From positions 1 through 38,518 of the forward strand of contig JAUCBJ010003657.1 in the NCBI GenBank assembly GCA_032718475.1: 38,518 bases of DNA, written 5' to 3'. The DNA is from Nemertoderma westbladi. Its lineage: Eukaryota; Animalia; Xenacoelomorpha. This document shows positions 9,944 to 18,911 of this stretch, piece by piece (position 1 is the first letter of the stretch; each line of letters starts with the position of its first letter). The position numbers were made by a program, and so were the translations under genes. The notes below the pieces were generated by a model. It was not told the origin of the DNA, did no database searches, and saw only the letters and a list, made by a program, of their open reading frames with translations.

Positions 9944-11665
9944 TCAAATTAGGGAAGTGGTCGTAGGAAGAGTATCTTGCCTTCCATGGTTTCCGGACAG
10001 TTTTCGGTCTCTTTCCAGTAAACCTAAGCGACCAGCTGGGCGATTAGGCTGTCGTGTTACTTCCTCCGCTCCCTTGGCCTGTCTAATCTTCGCCGTGGTA
10101 AGATGAAAAGGCCATTCATCTTCTTCTTTACTTAGGGAGTCGGGTCCACCTAACCAGCCGGGAGTATCTATCCGTTCTTGAGGAGTTGCTCCTCTGGAAG
10201 CGATGTCGGCTAGATGAATCATCTCGGGGCGATGTCTCCATTGATCTACATTGGAGTTAATATCGTCATTATCTGAGGAGTATGGTGTTCCCTCAGTGGG
10301 TTCGTCCACTTCACTGCTCCCCTCTTCCCAATCCTTTACTTGAAGTAGCCGGTCTTGTGGCAATCTTTCTTCAAGAGTTCTGCGGGAAGGGCCAGTAAAG
10401 TACCAACCTACTCTAGTTCTTACCGCATAAGTTTGTAATGGCTGCGGTTGAGCAGGCCGTTTCTCCAATGTCTCGAGCGCCTCATGCGCGTTTTGGCCGA
10501 TGAGGATTTGCACTCCAGGATAATCGGTTTGGAATCGAGGTATCTCAAGATGTTGGATGCTCTCGTCCTCGTCCCAGTTATAAGGTTCTACTTGGGTAGT
10601 AGCGAAGTTCTTTATTGCCACCATTTTTACTGACCTTATACTTTGTTCTCCTAATTTATCCTGTGGGGTGGACAACGCACCTATATAGTAATCTGCCATT
10701 ATGGTAGATTTCCAAACTGGCATAATTCCGGACATATTTAACTTAGTTCGGAATTTGGGTTGTCCAGCAAAGATGTCCTCGGCTAGTTCTTTGTCGATGA
10801 ATGTTCCTGTACTGCCGGAGTCAAGGAGGGCATTCACTATGTAACTCTTATTAGGACCGTGAACTCTTACCTGTACCACAGGAAATTCTCGTATTCCTAC
10901 GTGGGAGGTTGGAGCTTTCCAAGATGGTTGTCTGTCAAAGGTGGTTGGGGGGAACTCCGTGTTGGTGTCTTTTTCGTACGTAAGTGCTCGATACACTGCG
11001 GTATTTATTAGATAACAGGATTCGTTGGCATCGGAGAATTCATCCGTATAGAATCCTTCCCACTCAGAACTTTGGTCAGTGTCGTTCACATCACTGAATT
11101 GGACATGTGATTTGGGCTCACTTACCTGACTCGGGCGGTTTCGTTCGAATTCCGTGTGCAACAAGCTATGATGTTTCGCGCCGCACTTAGCACACCTTGC
11201 GTCAGAGTAACAGGTTCGCCGCTGGTGTCCGCGTCTGAGACAGTTATAACACAACCGCTTATCCCACAGGACTCCACGTCTATCTGCCAGGGATTTCTTT
11301 AGGAATTCTGCACACGCACTCAAACGGTGGGGCCCGTCGCACAGCGCACATTTTGGTTTGATGTTACTCACTTTACCTTGGGTAATGTTATGCACTTTCG
11401 CTCGTTCTTCGGGCTTTCTTACCTGAATTCTGTTGGGAGACTGAGGAGGGGTCTTGGCAACCTGTTCTCTCCTATCATTGGTTCGAGACTTGTATTTACT
11501 TACGTCTTTTGGGGTTTTGTGGTCATAGTAAGATCTTGCTGTGTCTTTCCCGCTGTCCTCATCTTGAGAAGCTTGGCTTTCGCCGTCGTCAGTATAACAT
11601 ACTGGGTTTACCCTTCTCCTAGTAACTGGTTTCTCACTTTTCCGATGTTTTTTCTCTAGACTGCT
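9944..11665 (-). CDS. pol: Gag nucleocapsid zinc knuckles + aspartic protease + RNase H C-terminal remnant (internally deleted pol), +1 frame relative to gag
   Basis: Frame is open from 11665 (the ORF-track start at 11395 is a GTG). CALCDGPHRLSAC, CYNCLRRGHQRRTC, CAKCGAKHHSLLH; ALLDSGSTGTFI; ILIGQN; RTRVGW; then QWRH...ADIASRG...WLGGPDSL...EWP. No RT YxDD and no integrase motifs. Confidence 0.9.
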   Translation of the reverse strand, partial: SSLEKKHRKSEKPVTRRRVNPVCYTDDGESQASQDEDSGKDTARSYYDHKTPKDVSKYKSRTNDRREQVAKTPPQSPNRIQVRKPEERAKVHNITQGKVSNIKPKCALCDGPHRLSACAEFLKKSLADRRGVLWDKRLCYNCLRRGHQRRTCYSDARCAKCGAKHHSLLHTEFERNRPSQVSEPKSHVQFSDVNDTDQSSEWEGFYTDEFSDANESCYLINTAVYRALTYEKDTNTEFPPTTFDRQPSWKAPTSHVGIREFPVVQVRVHGPNKSYIVNALLDSGSTGTFIDKELAEDIFAGQPKFRTKLNMSGIMPVWKSTIMADYYIGALSTPQDKLGEQSIRSVKMVAIKNFATTQVEPYNWDEDESIQHLEIPRFQTDYPGVQILIGQNAHEALETLEKRPAQPQPLQTYAVRTRVGWYFTGPSRRTLEERLPQDRLLQVKDWEEGSSEVDEPTEGTPYSSDNDDINSNVDQWRHRPEMIHLADIASRGATPQERIDTPGWLGGPDSLSKEEDEWPFHLTTAKIRQAKGAEEVTRQPNRPAGRLGLLERDRKLSGNHGRQDTLPTTTSLI

Positions 11666-14552
11666 TTATGAGTTGTAGTTTGACTTCACCGTCTAGGAAT
11701 GACATGAGATCAGCCATGGTAGGGCTCCGTCGTTGTTGCTCCATCATATACAACACTTTCTTGTCCCAGCAAGTACATACTCCACCCTTTGGTAAAGTAG
11801 AGACTATGGCTCCAATAACCATAGAACTCTGATATTCATGAGACTTACCTAACCAATCCAATTGTCGACAGATCTCTTGAATCTCATCGGAAAACTCTAT
11901 AATCTCGTTACTAAGGAATTTTCGGGGAGCTACTAATTTTGCATACAAATACTTAGCTATGTTATCCTTATTACCATACCTGGTGTTTAATGTATCCCAA
12001 ACTTGTCTTAATCCATTTGGATGTCCAATAAACTTCAACGCCATTAACTTGGGAGGTCCTTCCAAACATTTGATGAGGAATCTCAGTTTCTCTCCGCTAG
12101 ATAGTACAGAGTTCTGTATGCTATCTTCGTAATATTCATTAAAAGGTAACCATTTCATCTCGTCCCCATTGAATTTGACGATTTCTCCCACTTTGACTGC
12201 TTGGCGGGCTTCTGTTCTAGCCATCTGACGCGTAAAGCTTTCTTGGGCCATCGTGTTATTTAATATCGAATTATCGGTATATAAATTTCTCGGATTATTA
12301 TCAGGTCTATAGGGAATATCATTACCAACAGGTTTATAATCACCCTTAATAGGGTTTGCTATAGGAGTTTCTACTTCACTAGCAGTATAGATGCGTGTAG
12401 GCTCCACACCTTGCGCATGAAATATTTCAGGCCTAACAGGTTGACACATTGTTACAGGGGGTGTTGGTATGCCCCTTTTTACATTTACTAATTTATCGCG
12501 TTCTAGCGCGATACTTTGCTGCACTTCTTGCAGCTCTAACCTACTTTCCCTGACAGTTCCCCTGAACTGGTGGACCGTCTCCTGCATCTGTCCGAGCAGG
12601 ACATTCATCCCCCTCCATCCCTCTTCCACCCACTCGACCGCCGAAGCGGGAGTCGCCAACGTTGTGGCGGGCGGGCGAGGGACTACGGGCGACCAATCCA
12701 TTCGCTCGGAGTCCATGACAGGAACCATTTCAGGGGCTATTCTACTAGGCACTGATAGTTTCGTGCTGTGTAAAGGGAATTTAGAGGTTGCTCCCTGGAA
12801 TACAGGTGTCTCTAGCACCGGAGTGGTGGCTTCGAGAACAGGCCTAATTATTTCAGGCTCATCTGTTATAGTAGGGAGTCTACTTACAGTAACAATTCGG
12901 TCTGTGGGTCCTGCACTACTTACGGCTGTGCTAGCTAGTTGTCTTCTAACAGCTGGAGGTAAATCAGGCAATTTCTGACGGGGAGACGTTCTTTTACGCC
13001 TACTTAGACGAGACCTATTTCCTCCACCTTCAGGGTCGGTGGTGTCTCCTTCCTCCGATGATGTATAGCCTTGTCGTTTGGAAGTAGATCGACTCATCAT
13101 TTGCATTCGGCTATCCGTTAACCGTTTATTTATACTATCTTGACTTTCCTGAATATTTTCCAACGCTAGCTGGGCGATCTCGTCAGACGCTCTCCTTTCT
13201 GCTTCGGCCAATGCCTCCGCCGCTTTTCTTTCTGCCTCTGCAACTGCAGTCTTTCTTTCTGCCTCTGCCTCTGCCTCTGCTTCTGCGGCCTTTCTTTCTG
13301 CTGCCTTTCTTTCTGCTTCTGCCTCCGCGGCCTTTTTTGCCGCTTCCACTGCCGCTGCCGCTTTTGCCGCTGATTCTACCTTTCGGTCCTCTATCTGTTT
13401 TTTCTTAACTTGTTCTTCCTGGGCTCTAGCGATGCGGAGTTGTTCATCAAATTTAGCTTGGTTTGCAGCTAACATTTCAATATCAATTGCGTCCAACACA
13501 TGCTTGGTTCCTTCACTATTAGGGGAAAGTCCAGCCAGCCGTCTTCTCAACTCCTCGTCTCCTAGGAATCTCTGATAGTCTGATAGATAGATATCAATGT
13601 CGTCTCTCGGTCGCGGTCTCTCTGATGTCACTTCACTTTCCACTTGAGAAAAGGTGGCATTGGTCGATTCTTCGTAGGTTGGTCGCTCAGCCAACCGGGA
13701 TTTCCACTGGGCTGTTTCTTGAACCTTGAGACCTACCCGCTGGAACCAAGTCTTGACAGCAACTTGCAGCGACGTGTCCTGCCTTCTTTTGGAAGTTTCC
13801 TCAAAGGCCGATAGGATCAGTCTGATGCGTAGAGTTCTTTCGCGTACTTGATAAAGCAGCTCTTCCTGCTCTTGGGGTCCTTTTGGTTGTCGAAACAGTT
13901 GTTCTTCTAGTCTCTCTAAGGAGCCGAAGAATCCCTGCACATATCCTGCTGCCGACCTCTTCCAAACAGCTGGATCCATTGTATCTTTAGCCACTCCCAT
14001 CCGGTATATTTCTTCCCAAGTAGCTTCTGACAAATCTAACGGGAATCCGGGTCCGGGAAAGTTCCATTGTGACTCGACAATAGACATCAATTCTTCCCTT
14101 GCGTATCCCGCATAACTATCCTGGGTCGATCGCTTATTCCTCGCCCAATCGCCTTGGTGTTCCTCCACCGCAATCAAGATCGTAGTTAGTACTGCGGCGG
14201 GAAGAGTTAGAAGGGGATCCGAGTAAGCTGTATCCACCATCTTCACTCCGCGTTCGGGAATCAGCTCGACAGTATCCGAACTACTGGAGCTATCGGGTCG
14301 CTTGGAACTAGGTTCTTGACCAAGACGTTGCTGCGATAGGCCAGCTGCCTCTCGATTCCGTTTGACCTGGGCTCGAGTGCCTATGATAGACCTATGGTGG
14401 ATTAGCTTAGGGTCTGATACTACTGGAGGAGTGACCTTTCTTTTAGTAGGAGGTGAACTGAACTCCTTTCTTAATCGTTCCACACTCCTATCCTTGTCAC
14501 AGATGGTTATATCAAGTAGACTATCCGATAGGTTTTGTTGTGTGTCAGACAT
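11634..14552 (-). CDS. gag: Gag (BEL/Pao capsid-like DUF1759-type domain at the C-terminus; long N-terminal extension with Ala/Glu/Lys coiled-coil repeats)
   Basis: 972-aa ATG-started ORF; IVKFNGDEMKWLPFNEYY...EKLRFLIKCLEG...WDTLNTRYG...PTMADLMSFLD is the typical BEL Gag pattern. Confidence 0.9.
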   Translation of the reverse strand: MSDTQQNLSDSLLDITICDKDRSVERLRKEFSSPPTKRKVTPPVVSDPKLIHHRSIIGTRAQVKRNREAAGLSQQRLGQEPSSKRPDSSSSSDTVELIPERGVKMVDTAYSDPLLTLPAAVLTTILIAVEEHQGDWARNKRSTQDSYAGYAREELMSIVESQWNFPGPGFPLDLSEATWEEIYRMGVAKDTMDPAVWKRSAAGYVQGFFGSLERLEEQLFRQPKGPQEQEELLYQVRERTLRIRLILSAFEETSKRRQDTSLQVAVKTWFQRVGLKVQETAQWKSRLAERPTYEESTNATFSQVESEVTSERPRPRDDIDIYLSDYQRFLGDEELRRRLAGLSPNSEGTKHVLDAIDIEMLAANQAKFDEQLRIARAQEEQVKKKQIEDRKVESAAKAAAAVEAAKKAAEAEAERKAAERKAAEAEAEAEAERKTAVAEAERKAAEALAEAERRASDEIAQLALENIQESQDSINKRLTDSRMQMMSRSTSKRQGYTSSEEGDTTDPEGGGNRSRLSRRKRTSPRQKLPDLPPAVRRQLASTAVSSAGPTDRIVTVSRLPTITDEPEIIRPVLEATTPVLETPVFQGATSKFPLHSTKLSVPSRIAPEMVPVMDSERMDWSPVVPRPPATTLATPASAVEWVEEGWRGMNVLLGQMQETVHQFRGTVRESRLELQEVQQSIALERDKLVNVKRGIPTPPVTMCQPVRPEIFHAQGVEPTRIYTASEVETPIANPIKGDYKPVGNDIPYRPDNNPRNLYTDNSILNNTMAQESFTRQMARTEARQAVKVGEIVKFNGDEMKWLPFNEYYEDSIQNSVLSSGEKLRFLIKCLEGPPKLMALKFIGHPNGLRQVWDTLNTRYGNKDNIAKYLYAKLVAPRKFLSNEIIEFSDEIQEICRQLDWLGKSHEYQSSMVIGAIVSTLPKGGVCTCWDKKVLYMMEQQRRSPTMADLMSFLDGEVKLQLIKQSREKTSEK

Positions 14553-15783
14553 ATTCAGTTATACAGTTGAATGCCTACTGCTATAGTTTCAGTTAAAGCA
14601 AATCTAGTAATTCAGTAAGACTGTTGGCCTAGTACCGGTAATTAATTACAATATATTAGGATACCGGTATACACTTATAATATATATAAGTATTGCAGAC
14701 TAGGTTTGTTACAGAATACCGGTATATAATTACAGTGCAAATATATACAACTATATAATAAGCCTATTATAGATACCGGTATGTCAATTATTTAGGATAA
14801 TTGAATTTCTGAAATTATAAGGTTACTTAGTTACTTGAGTTTACTCTATTACCGTTATTTTAGCAGTAGTCCAACTGATATTAAGACCTAATTGTTGTAT
14901 GACAGGCCTACTAGTTTATAAATCTTTTAAGTTGATTTATAATATTTATATATATATACCCTGATGATAAGGGGTTTTGTTACAATACTGAAATAGATGT
15001 TACTATTTCTGGGAAATAATCACTACACAGAAGCTGTGCGCTCTCAGTGAAGTGCTACTTGTTGGACACTAAAACGAATAATCCTACTAGTCTACGTTAC
15101 TTATCTACTAATTACTTACAATATTGGTGAGATTACAATCTCTAATAAACACACGAAAAAACTATACGTACGAAATTTTAGGGTAATTTAACAGGGAAAC
15201 TACGAACCAGTCTAGCAAAGGGTTAGGAATTCTGGTTATTACAACGGACAGGATAATACGGTATTTGAAAATAATAAGCAGAAGTAATATACTGCGTTGT
15301 CCAGATAGAAAAATACCACCGCCTGACGACCTACAGCCGTATCGTTATAGGTACTACGTTATGTATCACGGAGTGTTCCTACCTAGAAGTTAATAGAGCT
15401 AACGAATGTGCCTATCAACCACTTTACAACACAAATATAACGCCTACACTAATTACTTTCGGAAAGCACTGTACACTAAACCCTAAATTAGGTACAAGTA
15501 CTTGTAAAACAGATAACCAGTAGTTAAATATACTTGAACAGTTAAAAGAACCACAGCATCTGCTGGAGTGACCGGAGCACAAAGTCACCAGTCTTTACCT
15601 ACGCCAAGCAGCCCGTGTAGTACCGGGGTTAATTTAACTATAACGGTATGTATAACAAACACAATTACTGTAGGAATAAACTTGGGGACATGAATGTTGC
15701 GAGTAATCGCATAAACTCTGAATAATAAATATTACGCTACCCGTACAGAATACTCAAATAAAATACAAACCAAAATGCTGGCA

Positions 15784-16290
15784 GACTACTATCAAGCCTA
15801 AACAAACTACAGTATGTGCAGATTCCGAAACTGTTAGTTAGTATGCGCGCTAATACGGTAGTACGACTTATTCTTTAGCAGGGGGTTGACCTTACAACTA
15901 CGAGTTGCCCCAACTTACTAACTGGCACTTTATCAGACTTACTCTACACACGCAGCTGTTCCTTCAGACCTAACAACAGCCAGACAACAATCCAGCCTAC
16001 AAATATCTGAATAATTTTACGGTACCTGAACAGACTATACAAACAATACAGGATAAACGCTGACGGACTACTATCAAGCCTAAATAAACTACAGTATATG
16101 CAGATTCCGAAATTGTTAGTTAGTATGCGCGCTAATACGGTAGTACGACTTATTCTTTAGCAGGGGGTTGACCTTACAACTACGAGTTGCCCCAACTTAC
16201 TAACTGGCACTTTATCAGACCTACTCTACACACGCTGTAATCTTCAAGCCTAACAACAGTCAGACAACAGTCCAGCCTACAATGATCTGA
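15784..16290. repeat. Direct repeat (two copies of about 225 bp, period 282 bp) in the retrotransposon 5' leader
   Basis: GACTACTATCAAGCCTAAA...CTCTACACACGC at 15784 and 16066, nearly identical over about 170 bp. Confidence 0.93.
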
Positions 16291-16456
16291 ACAATCTGAG
16301 CAGACTTACACGTCTTCAGCTCAATATTAACTTACTAGGAAATAAAACCGACAGAAATAAATAAGCTCCAAAAGAAACAAGGGGTGTACAGTCCCTAATC
16401 TCTTAAACAGCCTACCGGTATATAATAATCAAAATCGAATAATACTAATGTACTTA

Positions 16457-16587
16457 TACAGCAGTACCGGTTATGACAGTTGGGCCTACTGACCTACAGA
16501 AGTACCGGTTCTGGCAGTTGGGCCTACTGACCTACAGCAGTACCGGTTCTGGCAGTTGGGCCTACTGACCTACAGAAGTACCGGTTC
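16457..16587. repeat. 38-bp tandem repeat (about 3.4 copies) in the 5' leader
   Basis: TACAGMAGTACCGGTTCTGGCAGTTGGGCCTACTGACC units start at 16457, 16495, 16533 and 16571. Confidence 0.93.
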
Positions 16588-16898
16588 AGGTTTACCGGTC
16601 GACCGGTACTTAGCAACCTTATTGCTTACTGCAATAAGAACGTATAACTGTTATTGTACGCGCTTTTGGAGACCTTTAGCAGTTTAACCTGCCAAAATTT
16701 ATATGTCTCTTGTTGGTAAATTGATTTTATAAGAATGACAAGATTTAATACAAAATAAACACAACATTAGCCGAAGCCAGCCTGTGCGCGTTCATTCACC
16801 CGATGGCTACGCCCGGGAGACTGGATTCGTGTGCTTAGATTTATTGCAGTGAAGCCTACGTGTATTATTCGATTGATCAGTAATATATAATCTCTGAT

Positions 16899-16953
16899 AA
16901 ATATTATTCACTTTCGGGAAATATTAACAGTTCCTTTAGGACGTGGCGCTCTA
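16899..16953 (-). promoter_or_regulatory. Primer-binding-site region (non-canonical, no TGG) and conserved leader block
   Basis: Starts after a 4-nt spacer following the 5' LTR; 55 nt identical to 37213-37267 in the diverged sister element while the adjacent LTRs differ substantially. Confidence 0.7.
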
Positions 16954-16957
16954 TCTA

Positions 16958-17793
16958 TGTAAACAAAGTTATGACTTATACTACACACAACGATATGGCT
17001 TAGAATTCACGTATGAGACGCATTCTTTAGGAAATGCTTAGTTATCAATCACAATCTCGATCATACACACTACCGGTACCGCACAATACTGCTCACTGGT
17101 TTGCCGACAGTTACTGACTTTGATCACACATAAAGAGAACAGCAATTGACTCATGTAGTGGCTATCAAATAGCATTAGATTCAATACAAACCACAATAAT
17201 ATACGTCGCAATTGTTATAAATAGCCTGTCTCTCTAACCTGTTATTTGTTGATATTCTCCAAATAATAACATCCAACTAACTGACACAAATGATCACAAA
17301 CAGTAAAGCAGTAAGACGGTAGGTTAAGATAAGATATGATGTGTGTGATACACTGATATGAATTGAGTTGATAACAGTTATACGTTCTATAATCTAAGCC
17401 GACTAATATTTCTTATAAAATCAGAGAATGAATTGATTCTATAGCCGTTGTTTCTGGCTTAGAGATAAACACGTGACAGAAAGATCTAAATACTAAGAAT
17501 ACAAGCTACTCTTATGTTACAAGGGATCCCGTTCAACACATGGAAAGAGCATACAGATAGGATTTTCAGTTCAGTAGCTCTGTGATAGGTCAAAATCAAA
17601 ACCAACTCAAATCCTATTGGCAGATACATAAGGCAGGGCTTATTGGCAACTTTCCTCCAGGGAAGAGCAATCAGCCAATCAACGAGTAACTCGTACCATT
17701 CAAACCAAAGATCCCCCTTTAGAGTATTCCAGCTCTTGGGGGGAACTGATTAGCAAAGCAAAATGAATCAGTGATCCCGCAAAAGCTTTTACA
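16958..17793 (-). repeat. 5' LTR (836 bp), TGTAAA...TTTACA termini
   Basis: Direct repeat of 2798-3663; TG...CA ends with a 6-bp inverted terminus; lacks a 30-bp segment present in the other LTR. Confidence 0.97.
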
Positions 17794-17950
17794 GTCTCAT
17801 AAAGGCAATCAAAGGCGGCAAGTATTAAGACCTTTATAGAACAATTATTAGTAACTAACCTTAGTATAGATACCACTGCGTGTTAGTTATCACTTTAAAT
17901 TACATTCTTATGATTAACTGTCAAAGAAAGACCGCTGCCGCCTGGCTTCC
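17794..17950. repeat. Interspersed repeat family A, right part
   Basis: GTCTCA...AATCAAAGGCGGCAAGTATTAAGACC...GCCTGGCTTCC matches 24144-24301 and the copy near 33248-33405. Confidence 0.85.
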
Positions 17951-18062
17951 AGTTACATACAGACTGCCGGCACCGGCCTACCAGTTACAGACAGGGGCGT
18001 CGCCAATTTTTACATCAATGTAATTTACTTGAACAGTGAAAAAATAATAATAAAATTAAAGG

Positions 18063-18638
18063 TGCCGGTGTTCAACCCGCTGGCGGACACCAACGCAGCG
18101 ATGTCGCTGGACGCCGCCCACCTCCATCACGAGGCGAGGAAGATCTGTGAGGTTGAGCACTCAACCTTCACCCCCCTCATATTTTCCGCGTTCGGGGGCA
18201 TGGCGCCGGTTGCGAAGCAGTTTGTTAAGCGGCTGGCGGTGTCGGAGAAATGACAGGTTCCCTACCCGGAGTCGGTAGCGTGGGTGCGGCGACGCATCAA
18301 CTTCGCCTTACTCCGGTCGTCCCTGATGTGCCTCCGTGGGTTCCGGTCGGCCGTTAGAAGACCGGAGCGGGCAGCGGTGGTGGACGCGTCCATTGTGGGG
18401 GCGAACGCGGACTCGGACCCCGGACGGCTTGGATCTTAGATGTTAGAGGTCTGGCAGGTTTTGTTGGGTACCGGCAGTAGTGGCAGACTGGTGAACTGAA
18501 CCAATTTGTATTGTTGCTAGGTAACAGTTTGAATCAGCTGGTGGTGGGTTATTTTTGTACTTGTTTATGTGCGTTTTTATATGTGAATTATTGTTTGTTT
18601 ATATCATAATATACGGAGGCTTTTGAGTAAAAAAAAAA
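18063..18638 (+). mobile_element. 5'-truncated CRE-like (restriction-like endonuclease) non-LTR retrotransposon 3' end
   Basis: GC-rich island translating VFNP...EVEHSTFTPLIFSAFGGM...FVKRLA..SEK*QVPY...WVRRRINFALLRSSLMCLRGFRS (internal stop 18251-18253, final stop 18437-18439), then a 3' UTR and a poly(A) at 18629-18638. Confidence 0.82.
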
Positions 18639-18743
18639 TTATTATTCAATATTATACAGATATACAGTAGGCCTATGATTGATTTAAAGATTGTCAATTG
18701 TAAATTGAAAGATTGTTAAAGATTATCAGTATTTCATCTCCTA

Positions 18744-18886
18744 ATTAACTGTCACAGAAAGACTGCTGCCGCCTGGCTTCCAGTTACATACAGACTGCTG
18801 GCACCTGCCTACCAGTTACAGACAGGGGCGTCGCTAATTTTTACATCAATGTAATTTACTTGAACAGTGAAAAATAAAATTAAAGG
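18744..18886. repeat. About 145-bp direct duplication of 17913-18062 bracketing the CRE fragment
   Basis: ATTAACTGTCA...AAATTAAAGG is present on both sides with a few differences. Confidence 0.9.
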
Positions 18887-18911
18887 TTACTAAATTACAA
18901 CACTCCAAATC

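Larger units (their letters stand above)
2798..17793 (-). mobile_element. BEL/Pao-family LTR retrotransposon, non-autonomous (gag + protease, RT/IN deleted), with 3' accessory ORF region
   Basis: Two near-identical direct LTRs; minus-strand order LTR, leader, gag, Zn knuckles, protease, RNase H remnant, accessory ORFs, PPT, LTR; BEL-type Gag (FNGDEMKWLPF...LSSGEKLRFLIKCLEG), triple Cys-His box, LLDSGS and RTRVGWYFTG motifs. Confidence 0.95.

Noticed and set aside
11647-11654. A AAA AAC -1 slippery heptamer at the gag/pro junction
   Set aside because: It is not phased for the gag frame, and the downstream ORF needs +1, not -1.
10448-14586. Plus-strand ORFs antisense to gag/pro (e.g. 11327-11659, 12469-12978)
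   Set aside because: Shadow ORFs of a long coding strand; no motifs.
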